Made by a program: the position numbers and the translations under genes | Shown here: piece after piece, positions 1-18,760 of the stretch | Position numbering within the stretch: position 1 is the stretch's first letter | Layout of the letters: each line of letters begins with the position of its first letter | The notes under the pieces: generated by a model | Database searches by the model: none | What the model saw: the letters and a program-made list of their open reading frames with translations, nothing else | What the model was told of the DNA's origin: nothing | Source: the human T2T-CHM13v2.0 reference genome, Homo sapiens | Direction: 5' to 3' (one strand) | Assembly (NCBI RefSeq): GCF_009914755.1 | Contig: NC_060933.1 | Length of the DNA: 64,000 nt

Positions 1-425
1 AATGGAATGCTTTTAATAGCACCCAAGTCACCTTTTGAATGCTTTGCTGCTTAGAAATTTCTTCCATACCAGGTACCCCAAATCATCTCAAGTTCAAAGT
101 TCCACAAATCTCTAGGGCAGGGGCAAAGTGCTGCCAGTCTCTTTGCTAAAATATAACAAGAGTCACCTTTACTCCAGGTCCCAACAAATTCTTCATCTCC
201 ATCTGAGATCACCTTGGCCTGGACCTTATTGTTCATATCACTATCAGCATTTTTGTCAAAGCCATTCAACAAGTCTCTAGGAGGTTCCAAACTTTCCGAC
301 ATTTTCCTGTCTTCTTCTGAGTCCTCCAAACTGTTCCAACCTCTGTCTGTTACCCAGTTCCAAAGTCATGTCCACATTTTCATGTATCTTTTCAGCAACA
401 CCCCACTCTACTGGTACCAATTTAC
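1..425 (-). mobile_element. THE1 (MaLR) internal region, 5' part; continues beyond the window start
   Basis: Reverse complement is homologous to the THE1D internal region at 61716-62150 of this window; ORF 51..329 resembles ORF 61923..62354. Confidence 0.92.
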
Positions 426-590
426 TGTATTAGTTCTTTTCACGCTGCTGATAAAGACATACCCGAGACTGGGAAGAAAAAAATGTTTCATTGGACTTAC
501 AGTTCCACATGGCTGGAGAGGCCTTAGAATCATGGTGGGAGGTGAAAGGCACTTCTTTCATGGTGGCAGCAAGAGAAAAATGAGGAAGAA
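426..590 (-). mobile_element. THE1C-like LTR, truncated first copy
   Basis: Begins TGTATTAG (reverse LTR end); breaks at 590 into L1 sequence. Confidence 0.88.
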
Positions 591-879
591 TCCCTGAATA
601 GACCAATAACAGGTTCTAAAATTGAGGCAATAATTAATAGCCTACCAATCAAAAAAGTCGCAGACCAGACGGATTCACAGTTGAATTCTGCCAGAGGTAC
701 AAAGAGGAGCTGGTACCATTCCTTCTGAAACTGTTCCAATCAATAGAAAAAGAGGGAATCCTCCCTAACTCATTTTATGAGGCCAGCATCATCCTGATAC
801 CAAAGCCTGGCAGAGACACAACAAAAAAAGATAATCTTAGACCAATATCCCTGATGAACATCGATGCAAAAATCCTCAA
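588..879 (+). mobile_element. Internal L1PA ORF2 fragment (~290 bp, no poly-A)
   Basis: GAATCCCTGAATAGACCAATAAC...GATGCAAAAATCCTCAA; homologous to L1PB 43165-43453. Confidence 0.93.
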
Positions 880-1385
880 GTCTCTAGGAGGTTCCAAACT
901 TTCCAACATGTTCCTGTCTTCTTCTGAGCCCTTCAAACTGTTCCAACCTCTGCCTGTTATCCAGTTCCAAAGTCATATCCACATTTTCAGGAATCTTTTC
1001 AGCAACACCCCACTCTGCTGGTACCAATGTACTGTATTAGTTCATTTTCATGCTGCTGATAAAGACATACCCGAGACTGGGAAGAAAAAAAGGTTTAATT
1101 GGACGTACAGTTCCACATGGCTAGAGAGGCCTTAGAATCATGGCGGGAGGCAAAAGGCACTTCTTACATGGCCACAGCAAGAGAAAATGAGCAAGATGCA
1201 AAAGCAGAAACCCCTGATAAACCCCTCAGATTTCATGAGACTTATTCACTAGCATGAGAATAGCATGGGAAAGACCAGCACCCATGATTTTATTACCTTC
1301 CCTTGGGTCTCTTGCACAACACGTGTGAATTCTGGGAGATACAATTCAAGTTGAGATTTTGGTGGGGACACAGCCAACCATATCA
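877..1385 (-). mobile_element. Second copy of THE1 internal end (877-1032) plus complete THE1C-like LTR (1033-1385)
   Basis: 877-1197 repeats 270-590; LTR ends CCATATCA at 1385. Confidence 0.9.
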
Positions 1386-2577
1386 CCTTCCTTACACCTT
1401 ATACAAAAATTAAGATGGATTAAAGACTTTAATGTTATACCCAAAACTATAAAAATTCTAGAAGAAAATCTAGGCAATATCATTCAGAACCTCAGCATGG
1501 GCAAAGATTTCATGAGTAAAAACACCAAGAGCAATTGCAACAAAAGCAAAAATTGAAAAATGGGATCTAATTAAACTAGAGATATTCTGCACAGCAAAAG
1601 ACACTATCATCAGAGTGAATAGGCAGCCTACACAATGGGAGAAAATTTGTGCAATCCATCTATCTATCCGACAAAGGTATAATATCCAGAGTCTACAAGG
1701 AACTTAAACAAATTTACAAGAAAAAACAAACAACCCCATTAAAAAGTGGGGAAAGACATGAGCTGAGTCTTCTCAAGACACATATGTGGCCAAAAAACAT
1801 GAAAAAGAAGTTTAACATCACTGATCATTAGACAAATGCAAATCAAAACCACAATGAGATAACATCTCACACCAGTCAGAATGGCTATATTTAAAAAGCC
1901 AAAATACAACATATGCTGGTGAGATTGCAGAGAAAATGGATGCTTTTACACTGTTGGTGGGAGTGTAAATTAGTCCAACCATTCTGGAAGACAGTGTGGT
2001 AATTCATCAAAGACCTAGAGGCAGAAATACCATTTGAGCCAGCAATCCCATTATGGGTTATATACCCAAAGGAATATGAATAATTTTATTTAAAGATACA
2101 TGCACGCGTATGTTCAGTGCAGGACTATACACAATAGCAAAGACATGGAATCAACGTAAGTGGCCATCAATGATAGACTGAATAAAGAAAATGCGGTACA
2201 TATACACCATGGAATACTATGCAGCCATAGAAAGGAATGAGATCATATTCTTTGCAGGAACATGGATAGAGTTGGAAGCCATTAGCCTTAGAAAATTAAT
2301 GCAGGAACAGGAAAGCAAACACAGCATGTTCTCACTTATAAGTGGGAGATGAGTGATCAGAGTGCATGGACATAAGGCAGGGAACAACACACACTGTGGC
2401 CTGTTGGGGTGGGGGTGTGGGAAGGGAGAGCATCAGGAAGAATATCTAATGGATGTTGGGCTTAATCCTAGGTGATGGGATGATCTGTGCAGCAAACCAC
2501 CATGGCACATGTTTACCTATGTAACAAATCTACACATCCTGCACATGTACATCTGAACTTAAAAGTTGAAGAAAAAA
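1386..2577 (+). mobile_element. Older L1PA (about L1PA11-15) ORF2 end and 3' UTR; host of the THE1 insertion
   Basis: ORF2 C-terminal homology; 3' UTR GGTGATGGGATGATCTGTGCAGCAAACCACCATGGCAC; short A tail. Confidence 0.85.
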
Positions 2578-2744
2578 GGAAGGGAATGTTGATAAACATA
2601 AAGACAGAGAGAAAGAGAGTGAGGAGACAAGAAAGGAGGAGGAAAATCAAGTAAATGGAAAGAGAAAGAGGGAGATATGTGATTGCTTGATTGGAAATAT
2701 GAAAAGAAAACAGTTCTTTTGAATTTTCTAGTTAATAATACCAT

Positions 2745-2815
2745 TTTGCTTAAGTTGAATTTTACACTTTAAGTGAGTGAATTTTATAGCATGTGAATTA
2801 TATCTCAATAAAGGT
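2745..2815 (+). mobile_element. Ancient L1M 3' terminus
   Basis: TACACTTTAAGTGAGTGAATTTTATAGCATGTGAATTATATCTCAATAAAG is a typical L1MB/ME end. Confidence 0.65.
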
Positions 2816-5219
<2,404 letters not shown>

Positions 5220-5506
5220 TCACAGTAAATAAAGCAGAGTCAGCAGAAGCCTTGAATAACCAAGGATAGAGAAATAGTATATACAAAAAGTTACCATCGC
5301 AATATAAGGAAATAAAAGCTCCTATTTCTCTTATTTCCTTACAAGTTCTCTAAGAAAGAGACCTTGTCTTATTTCTTTACAAGGAAATAAGACAAATAGA
5401 AGCTGGATCATGTGAATGTTGGTTTATCAAGATGGCTACTTCTGAGGAACCACTACTAGAGTTCCTGTTTGTGCGTTATTAGACAGTGATTTAGGATGTT
5501 ATCATT

Positions 5507-5919
5507 TGCTACAGTTTGAATGTTTGCCCCTCTGAACTTGTGTTGAACCTTAATCCCTAATGTGGCAGTATTGAAAGGTGGGGCCTTTAAGAGGTGATTA
5601 GGTCAAAAGACTGCCGTCAAGAATGAATTAATTCATTAATGGACTAATGGATCAATGCATTTTCATGGGAGTGGGACTGGTAGACTTTCAGAAGAAATAA
5701 GAGAGACCTGAGTTAACACACTCAGCCCATTTGCCATATGATGTCCTGTACCACCTCAGAACCCTGCAGAGTCCCCACTAGCAAGAAGGCTCTCACCAGA
5801 TGAGCCCCCTTGACCTTGAACTCCCAAGTCTCCACAATTGTAAGGCATAAATGTTGTTTCTTTATAAATTACCCAGTTTCAGGTATTCTGTTATAAGCAA
5901 CAGAAAGCAAACTAGGATG
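5507..5919 (+). mobile_element. MST-family solo LTR (MSTD/MSTC-like)
   Basis: Starts TGCTACAGTTTGAATGTT; AAATTACCCAGT motif; 5-bp TSD TCATT (5502-5506, 5920-5924). Confidence 0.85.
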
Positions 5920-6429
5920 TCATTTCGTAAAGACAAATGATGGGGCTACAGTGGGGATTAACTCTTTCTTGGAGACTTTTTACACTTACAGTAAACTCAA
6001 TGATCTGAGGCAAGTTGAATTTGTCTGTTTCTCACAATTGGGAGACATTGCCAAAACCACGTATTCTGGCTTATTCCTACTTCACAGTCAGCAGAAAATA
6101 AAATTTTCTAGTGGAGTTTTGCTGAATGACATTGAAATAGTAAGTAAAAATAAATTTGAAATGTTTTAGTTTATTCATTACAGAACAACTTTAAAATAGT
6201 AGATAAAAATGAGTTGGGCATTTAAGCTTCATTTAAGAAAAGCTCAATATGAAGCAGGTAATTACTATTCCCTTTCTTTCAATCTCATCAATTATGTAAA
6301 AAGAAGCATCTTTTTAAAATTATAAATTTTAAGTAAAAAGATATCTCAATATATATCTATGAAATATTATATTATATATGATATGCACCTAAATTTTAAT
6401 ATAAATACAATAAATATGGTAAAATCAGA

Positions 6430-6860
6430 TTACTCTCAATTTGTTGGCACCAGTTGAATTTGGTACAATTATTTTGTGTTGTAATACACCTGTATTTATC
6501 AAGAATAAAAAATGCTTTGTCATTTGGCTCAAAAAATTTACATTTGCGAATTTACAGTAAATTAAAATTCAAATGAAGAAAAGAATAATCTCTCCCTTTC
6601 TCTCTAAGTGTCTGGTAATAAGGAAATGGCTAAACAAATTATAGTACACCCATTTAGACTATATTATGTAAATGGTGAGGCAATAATTATAGGAGATGGG
6701 AAATGTAAGTTATTAGATGATAAAAAAAAAAGGCAGAGTACTACCTTGCATTTTTTCTGTGATTATGACAATAAATATCAAGTGTGCAAGTGGGACAAGT
6801 GTAGAAACGAAAAAACAGATAGTTGTGTTAGTAGAATGGTAGTTTTCGGAGGTAGTTTTC
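6430..6860 (+). mobile_element. Degraded L1ME-like 3' fragment
   Basis: AAGTGTCT...GGAAATGGCTAAACAAATTATAGTACAC resembles the L1M ORF2 end; boundaries approximate. Confidence 0.35.
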
Positions 6861-7544
6861 CTCTTTGCTTAATTTTAAGTTCACCCCGTTATTTTTTCAA
6901 TTTAAAAGGAAAAATTAGGTAAGAAGTCTTGATTTGCCTGTAAATACATATTATAGATAACATAAAAACTGGAGAAGAAAAGTCAAAAGGTATAAGAGGG
7001 GACAAACTCCAGTATCAGCTTCTTCTGAAACAGCAGTTTCTGAAATAGAACAGGTGTTTGTTTGTTTGTCTTTGGTGCAAAAGATCCAAACAGGGAACAA
7101 TACCTTTGGGAAAATACTTGTGCAAACACATTGCTGTTGTTTTGTTACCATGGATAAAATAAAAGAAAATGTCCTTGGAAAGAATAACAATATATTTCTG
7201 AATTATGCCTTTTCAACTGTGCTTTAAGTTTCCCTGAAAAGAACATTACAAACAACGTTGCCAAACAAAAGCTTGAGAGGATGCACAGCACCCTCAGGAC
7301 TTGTGAACTAATGGCCCATTCTAGGAAACTAAACATTTTGGTTTCAAATTAGACTATTTCCAGCAGGGAAGGCTTGTAGGAGATGCAAAAGCCTGCCCTA
7401 AGTACTGACATGCCAGGGTCTTTTAGGTTGGGAGAGATGTCCTTTACACCAAGGCAGTAATTTGCCTTGAGGAAAAACTGAAAACACTTGTGTGATTGAG
7501 TTGGGAAGCTACATGGGAACCACTAAAAAACTTTGAAAGGTTTC

Positions 7545-7876
<332 letters not shown>

Positions 7877-8117
7877 TTACAGGGTATTCATTTCATGTAT
7901 ATTATTGCCAAGAATGAAAAATTAAGGAAGTAATGCAAGCATTTCAAGTTTTAAAAAGATGTTTGCAATATCCAAATAATTCAGACAGTGAGTTACCTGC
8001 TTAAATTATCAGCATAATTGCCTAAAATCATTGCTGGTGTGTGGCTGGTTATGGTCTCTCCTGTTCATTTTCAATATATATGTGAAACTGTCAAATTTTG
8101 AAAGCCAAACCCAATGA

Positions 8118-8557
<440 letters not shown>

Positions 8558-8989
8558 TAGCAGTTGGTCATGATGTTGAAATCCTGTCTGATCATTAATC
8601 TGAATCTATCCCTTAAATGTCAGAGGAGGAAAAATGGTAAGAACTGCTGATTAAGGTCATTTTTATTGCAGCAATGTTTGGCTTTTAAGGTACTTTCATC
8701 AGGATGGTCGAGCTTTACCTGATAATGATTTTAAAATGATCACATAATGGTTGGTAGAGATGAAAACACTTACGGTTCCTTCATCCACTGATGAATAGTT
8801 CAAGAGGTGAAAAACTGTGATGTATACTGGTCTCATAAAGAAAATAATGAGACATATCTTTATATTTGCAAGCTCCCCCAAAATACCTAGATCCTTTTGC
8901 AACTAGAAACAAACCCCAGAGCTTCGAGAAAGTCATTTCTTTGAATTTTCTAGTTTCCTTTTCTAGAAAAACAAGTTTACTTTGTGTTC

Positions 8990-9177
8990 AAAATGCTTTT
9001 AGATAGAGAATCATTTCTTCATATAAAATCTGACATGGAAGCCCAGTGTATGCAAGAAACAAAATAGAGCTGCTCATTTGACGTCACTGGGGAAACTCGG
9101 AGCTCCCTCATTTCTGTGCCTGGAAATATCTCTGTGGTAACCAGAGCTTCCAGTAACACACAGCGTAGAAATTACCG
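8990..9177. mobile_element. Possible MER102-like hAT-Charlie fragment
   Basis: GGAAGCCCAGTGTAT...GAGCTGCTC and GTGGTAACCAGAGCTTCCAGTAACACACAG resemble the recalled consensus. Confidence 0.35.
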
Positions 9178-11558
9178 AACTTCATGATTACGTTTCTCCA
9201 GCAAGTAGACACCATAGTAATCTCAATCACTTAAATTTGTTTTGCAAGTAATTTGGAGGTTGCTGCTACAAATGAGTTAATTACCATTGAAATCTAATTT
9301 CAAGGAAGAATACTTTTATACAGAATTTTCAAAAAAAGTTTGCATTTTAAGAATAACTTAAATTCATTTTCACCTTTAAATTAAGTGACGAATATTGATT
9401 TCAATCCAGAAGAGGACTAGCTATGTTTTTTGATATATTATTCTAATACTGTATCTCCTTCACAGAAGGAAGAGGGGGAAAGAGAGGGGAGGGAAGAGGT
9501 GGGAAAGGAAGAATGAAGGTAGACATGCAGGTAGGCTCAGGATCAAATAATTTATCTTCAAGTTTCTGAGATCTTTTCTATTAGTGATGTTCAATTCTTC
9601 AGTCTTTTCTTTCAGAATATGAGCTCTTCTGAGATACCTCTGTGCTGTAAAATCGGTTTAACAGATGACTCCTTCTTTTATTTCTCAGCAAGATATATAT
9701 CGGAGAAGGGTACCATCATATTAAGAACAGGGCTCACTGGAAACCAGCAGATCATCATGAGGCAACCCAGATTGCAATATGATTATCATTTCTGAGAGGG
9801 TGTCTGTTTTAAATATGTGGTTTTCTCTTTGTTAGGGAGAAGGGACAAGAATCCAATTGAAGCATGTCAAGGAATTGCTTTCATATTGCATCCGTTTTCA
9901 TTTCCCCATCCCTCTCTTCCTGTGCAAATTAAAATGCTAGTCTCATTTGTATCAATCTTGAGAAATGACGTTTAGTTTATCTAGCCTTCTCTGCCCGTGT
10001 AAAGATTTTTCTTATATGGTTCATTCCAGAGAAGTATTTTCAAATATTTCATGTTTCTTGATACTTTTACCTTGTCTAGTTATAATTTTGATAAGAAGTA
10101 CTTTAATTTTTTATTCCAATGCAATCACCCATAACATGAAGCAAAACCATAATATCAAACATTTTTTAACCTTCCCCTGCCAAAAGGAAGGAGTGAACTA
10201 GTAATTTATAAAGATTGTGCACTCTGCTAGTTTTTTAAAATTATTTTTTATGAGATGATTTGCAGAAATTTGGGATTTGGGTAGAGAATGTAGCTTTGGC
10301 CATATTTTAAGTATTTTCTTCCTCCGGCGATTCATTTTAAGGAGTATATTATCTGAGCATAAAGAAAACAATATTTAGATAAAAGAAAAAAACTTGTGAC
10401 TAAATATGTTAAACTTGTGACTTAAAACTTATGACTAAACATAAATTGTGGAACTAATTTTTGATAATTAAACATTTTTAAAGCCTTTGGTAAAGTTTTG
10501 TTGGTGAGTCAGAAACTTCTTGGCTTTCTCTACTGAAATAAGAGGGCAACTCTTTACTTTGCTCAGTAATTACTCTGACTAGCACCAAGAAAAAATATCT
10601 ATTGAAAAACATTCAGAATATATAATTGCATCTGGCTTGATGCATTTGAATCAATAAAAAGTATTCTTCCACTCACTGAACCTAATAAATTTCCACATGC
10701 TTGGGTAATGATGCTTCAGAAATGTTTAATTATCACTCTCCTACCTGACCTAAAACTGTTCATGAGTTTTGGTGATGAGAAAGGAGATTCAAATATTCAA
10801 GAAGCATTGAACTGTGATATATCTCCAATGTGGTGATTGTATAATTATACGTGAAGATTCTCTGTATTCAGCCAGTGAGGCTTCAATGAAAACATGTGGA
10901 TAAGGATCACTTACTTTTTTCACAAAGACAGGTGAATTTTGGCAATTTGGTTATCCAATTAATGATGTATAGGTATGATTCAAGAAGTTTAATCTCACCA
11001 TTCTTTGACTATATACCTGTAGGAAAATATTACAGAACTAGAACATGGGCCCTGGATGAGACATCACTGGAAACTATTCTCAAATACTCTATAATATGGA
11101 TATTACTAATAGAGTTCATATTTTTCACTGAAATGTAAATGATCATCTGGCAGATAATAAGACTAGTACAGTATCCATCAGCAATCATCATAGGTGACTT
11201 TGCCTCCCCAGAGCATATGATACAGTTATTAGTTTTTAGATTTGTTTTTTAATTAGGTAATTCTTTTGTTCAGAGAAGCACATAACTTCTTTTTGTATTA
11301 TGTGTTAAAAGTGAATGATTAAAAAAGGACTCCATTCAATGAAATGAAGAAGAGACTGACCAGTTAAAAGGGATCTTTTTATACTATAATGATAAATATA
11401 AAAGTACGGGTTTAGTTTTACAAACTGGACTTTTCAATGTCTTTTCTTACTACGTGAACCAAATTGGAATCTTCTGTTCTAAGAATACTTTATCCTGGTT
11501 TTGCCTTATGCTTTAGTAGCTTTATGATATTTTCCATAGGTTATTTAACTTTACCTTC

Positions 11559-12316
<758 letters not shown>

Positions 12317-12507
12317 CCAACCAATAATTCCGAGATATGAGAAGATGAGACATGATCTCCAATTTACAGAAATGCCAGGGTTTTTCCAAAATCATTTAGT
12401 GAATGGGGCAGAGCTGAGACTAAACCCTAATTCTATGACTTCAATTCCAGTACTTTTGTTCTACTAGAACCTAGTTTAATCACTTTGCAATATTTATTAG
12501 GCAATTC

Positions 12508-12912
12508 TGTATTACCTTACTATTTCTGATAAAACAAGTTACCATAAACTTTGTAGCTTAATGTAACAGAAACTTATTCTCTCACAGTTCCGTAGATCAG
12601 AGGTCTAACATGGGTCTCACTGGGCTAAGACAAGCTATTGGCAGGTCTCTATTCCTTTTGGAGAATCTAGGGGAAAATCTGTTTCCTAGACTGCTCTAAC
12701 TTCTGGAAACCCCTTGCATTCCTTGGCTTGTGGCCCCTTCCTCAATCTTCAAGTCAAAAGCATTATGTTCTCAAACCTCTCTGTTTAATGAGGACCCCTG
12801 TTTCCTTCATCAGATCTTCTTTCCTGATTTTGGCCCTCTTGCCTTGGTACATATCCACAGATTCTGGGGATTGAGATGAGAACATCTTTGGAGGGCCTTT
12901 TTGCACTTGCCA
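12508..12912 (-). mobile_element. MLT1C/D-like LTR with internal deletion
   Basis: TTACCATAAACT...TTATTCTCTCACAGTTC...CATTCCTTGGCTTGTGGCCCCTTCCTC; homologous to 25558-26048. Confidence 0.75.
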
Positions 12913-13030
12913 GCGTCTCCTATGTAATAAATCATGTTCTAATTTCTGAGAGTATGTTAAAATGCCTGAAATTGATGAGATTCTATTGAGAAATTTTGAA
13001 CAGTTTAGACATAATCTGATTTGCGGCTTA

Positions 13031-14854
<1,824 letters not shown>

Positions 14855-14995
14855 AAAAAGTCACTCTTACTCTTTGAATAAAATACAATGGAGAGGAGTG
14901 GAAAGGCAGAATAGGAATGGTTGTCTAATCAACAGATAGTGCTAAGGATGTCTCCATCTTTATTCTTCCTTTTCTTTTTTCACTTTTAGAATTAT

Positions 14996-15098
14996 TTTGT
15001 TTTTTTTTAATTGATACATGATAATTGTACATATTTATGGGGTACATGTAACATTTAGATACATGTGCACAGTATGTGGTGATCAAATCAGGATAAAT
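14996..15098 (-). mobile_element. L1MA 3' terminus fragment
   Basis: T tract then AATTGATACATGATAATTGTACATATTTATGGGGTACA. Confidence 0.8.
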
Positions 15099-15167
15099 AT
15101 TATTATTCTTCCTTTTCACTTGTTGACTTAAACAACTGGATGGGTAATAATAACATTAAAAATTGGA

Positions 15168-15510
15168 GGCTGGATGTGGTAGCTCATGCCTGTAATCCCA
15201 GCACTTTGGGAGGCTGAGGTGGACAGATCACTTGAGCCCATAAGTTTGAGACCAGGCTGGGCCACATGATGAGATCACCTCGCTATGAAAAATGCAAAAA
15301 TTATTCAGGCATGGTGGCATGTGCTTGTAGTTCCAGCTACTCAGGGGGCTAAGGTGGGAGGATCACTAGAGCCTGGGAGGCAGTGGTTGCAATGAGCTGA
15401 GATCATGCCACTGCACTTCAGCCTGAGTGACAGATTGAGAACCTGTCTCAAAAAAAAAAAAAAAAAAAAAAAAAAAAGAAGAAGAAGAAGAAGAAAGAAA
15501 AAATAGGAAA
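15168..15510 (+). mobile_element. AluJb-like with A/(GAA)n tail
   Basis: Dimeric Alu, GGTGGGAGGATCAC right arm; degenerate TSD AAAAAT(T)GGA. Confidence 0.92.
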
Positions 15511-15519
15511 AGAAAAATG

Positions 15520-15925
15520 GAGTGATGAGCATACTTTTGTTTATTGAAGCTGGAGATAAAATCAAAAAATTTGTTTTAACATGTAAAGTTTGAGATGCCT
15601 ATTAGATATACAAGTAGAAATGTCAAGTTAGCACTGGATATGTAAGACTGAGTTCAGGTTAGTGGACAAGAGTGAACACTGAGGAATCTGGAAATCAGTG
15701 TATGGATGATATTCAAATCTGTAAGCCTAGATGACACTCCTTCAGATTGAGTGAAGATAAAGAGAAGAGATCCAAGGGCTTATCTTTGAGCATGCCAAAA
15801 TTAAGAGGTCCAAAAGAAAAGGAGAATACAGCAAGTAAAGCACATGAGAGAGTAGTGTCCAGAAAGCTAAGCTAATATGACGTCATATAGGAATGGGATA
15901 ACCAGCGAGGTCAATGCTGCTGATA
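15520..15925 (-). mobile_element. L2 fragment (also 15120-15165, left of the Alu)
   Basis: ACATGTAAAGTTTGAGATGCCTATTAGATATACAAGTAGAAATGTCAAG is characteristic antisense L2. Confidence 0.7.
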
Positions 15926-16261
15926 GTCAATACATTAGCCGAAGACATTTTCACTGTTTCATATACATTCTATGAGTTCTATCTTTAAAATGTTTCAGTT
16001 CTAAGTACAAAACGTGCAAATCTGACTACTTTCTACCAAATGTACCAATTTCTACAAAGTTCTATTACCTGCCCCTTGAACTTTTTTAGTCAGATCACCA
16101 TCCTATTTTCCCCTGGGGCTAGTAGTAGGGTTTTCAGCCCCTTATTATTCTTTTCAAAATATACTGTAATATTTCTACTATATCCAGTCACTTTTCAAAA
16201 ACAATTCACTTTAATATTTTTATAAATTCTATTTGATTTTCTGTGGATATATAACAATGCA

Positions 16262-16480
16262 TTTATTTTTTCATTCAGCAATTATCAAGTCTATTATTAT
16301 TATTAATGCTAAGCACTGTTTTTGTCACTGGAAATATAGCAATGAAAAAAAAACAGATAACAATGTCTATCATATTGAAGAGAATCATTAGTTTGTTGGG
16401 GGGATACAAACCCTAAAATATATAGGTAAGAAAATTAAATAGCATATTTTTAAAATGATAAGTTCTATAGTGAAAAATAG
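16262..16480 (-). mobile_element. L2 3' end fragment
   Basis: TCATTCAGCAA...GCTAAGCACTGTT...CACTGGAAATATAGCAATGAA. Confidence 0.6.
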
Positions 16481-16699
16481 TGAAAGTGATCATTGTGTTC
16501 TTTCTTTTCTGACAAATATTATTTTAATTACTTTTTAATGCAATATTGCCTTGGTAAGAAAAAAAAAATTTTAAATGATGGCAGGCATGATTAACCTGCC
16601 ATTTAGTGATTACACTGATTTCAGAACGGAAAATGTATTCCTGGACTAAAGAGACCAACTAAAAGCATTAAATTTCAAGAATGGGCAATAATAAAGGGT

Positions 16700-18760
16700 T
16701 CATTAAAATGTTGTATCCTAAATATCATGGTGACCTTAGGAATGAAGTAATTAGGAAGTGTACAAAAATCTTACTTGATGTATAAAACAGGTAAAACTCC
16801 AGGACTAGAGACTAGAAATCTAATATGAGTCATCTCAATTAAGAATCACAGCCTCTCTCCAAGTTTCCAGACTTAAGCAAGTCCAGATATCTAGAACCCC
16901 TTGTTTGAAGATAAGGCTAGATCCTTGATATGGTTAGGCTCTCTTTGCCCACTCAAATCTCCTCTTGAATTGTAATTCCCACATTTGACGGAGAGGGGTG
17001 ATTGGATCATGGGGACGGCTTCCCCCATGCTGTTCTCATGACAGTGAGTTAGTTCCCATGAGATCCGATGGTTTCAAAAGGGGCTCTTTCCCCTTTGCTC
17101 TTCCCCCTTTGCTCTTCTTCTCTCCCCGCTGCCTTGTGTAGAAGGTGTTTGCTTCCGCTTCTGCAATGATTGTAAATTTCCTGAGGCCTTCCCAGCCATG
17201 TGGAATTCTGAGTCAATTAAACTTACTTTGTTTATAAATTACCCAGTCTCAGGTAGTATCTTATAGTAGTGTGAGAACAGACTAATGCAATCTTCTTGAG
17301 GAGAGGAGTTGATATGCTGCTATAAGCCTATATTCTGTGTATTGTAACCCTTACATCAAGACTTCTTTCAAAAGGACTTACAACTGTACAGTGACTTTGC
17401 ACTGTGGAAAATAAAATAACAAGAACATATGGGTTATAAGACTTCTTGTGTCTTAATTAACATTGATCACTGAGAACCCAAAAAAGCCACTGTAGTTTAC
17501 TGGTCAAATTAGGAGCTACTGGAGATCATGTGATAAATAGGGAATTGTCCCAAGTTTGAATCAGAGTTGGCACAATAAGTTCATTGACCCAATTTGTGAT
17601 TACCTTCTCAGTTCCTGAATATTCAAGTAGACAGATTTGACAATGGGAAGAATTCCTCACTCAGCTGTTATAGTGGTACCAAGTGGGAAGTCCTTGGTAC
17701 TTCCCGTCCTTACCAAATTAGTGAACCTTAAGCAATGTCACATAACTGGAGTGTTTGCAGAATTTAGTAACATCACCAAAGACTTAAAAAATTCACCTAC
17801 TCATTTATCTTGGTTCTTCTTGTGTGGAAGGTAAATTGATCTTGAATTATCATGATCTTATTTACATAATGACTCTGACTATAGCTGCTATACCAAATGT
17901 GGCATATATCCTGAAGTAAGTCACCCCAGTTTCCTAGAATCTGGAATGCAGATAATTGACCTGGAGATTGCTTTGCCCTCTGTACCAATTTACACAAGCC
18001 ATAATAAGCAGATTACTTTTACTTGACAAGGTCAATATCACACCTTCAGAGTCTTGCCTCAGGGCTGTGTTAATTATCCTGCCCTCTGCTATAATATAAT
18101 CCTAGTCTACAATTCTCTTGATCTTGATCATCTTGACATTAGAATGCCACACTGTTCACTATATTTTTGACATTAGGATCTTTGGACGTGATTAATAAGC
18201 AACATCAGATACTTAAGTGCCTTAGTAAGACCTAAGCAAGTCAGAGATATACCCCAGGAAAATTTAAGAACTCATCTTCAGTGAAGTTTGTGGACTTCTG
18301 TAGTCTAAAGCATATCACAATATTCTCTTCAATGGAAAAGACAAGTTGAGTACTTTGCCTACCTATCACTATAAAGGAAGCACAATGCTTTATGAGGTTT
18401 TTATTTAAAAGACATTTTATACATTTTTCTCTGCTAATGTGACTCATGTACTGAATAACACATATGGCTGCCAGATTTGAAGAAGACCAGGGCAAGAGAA
18501 AGTTCTGCAGCAAGTCCAAACTGCTCTTCTACTTGAGTCTTATATGACTTAGAAGATCCAATAGTATACAAGGTGTCTCTGATAAACAGAGATGCTTTAT
18601 AGAGTCTCTTATTAGACCTAATAGCAGAATCATGGCACAAACATTTAGGATTTTTTAGTAAATCCATGCCTTCTTCTGAAAACAAGTACTAATGTTGAGC
18701 TATCAATATGATATAAGCCTTATTCATGGACCCCTTCCATCATGGAAAGGGCAATGATTT
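16700..18760 (+). mobile_element. Decayed ERVL-class internal region (gag end, protease, RT; short integrase piece)
   Basis: RT motifs VLPQG (18051-18065) and HYIFDI (18157-18174, decayed YIDD); GPLPSWKGQ*F (18728-18760); many stops; left boundary approximate. Confidence 0.8.
16926..17289 (+). mobile_element. MSTA/THE1D-like solo LTR nested in the ERVL
   Basis: TGATATGG...ACTAATGCA; TSD ATCCT/ATCTT. Confidence 0.9.

Noticed and set aside
9079-9086. Perfect CRE TGACGTCA (another at 15878-15885)
   Set aside because: Isolated 8-mers inside old repeats with no promoter context.
10390-10440. Three spaced copies of AAACTTRTGACT; similar CATCATTATGA triplet at 24510-24559
   Set aside because: Ordinary slippage duplications; not CRISPR-like (short, irregular, eukaryotic context).
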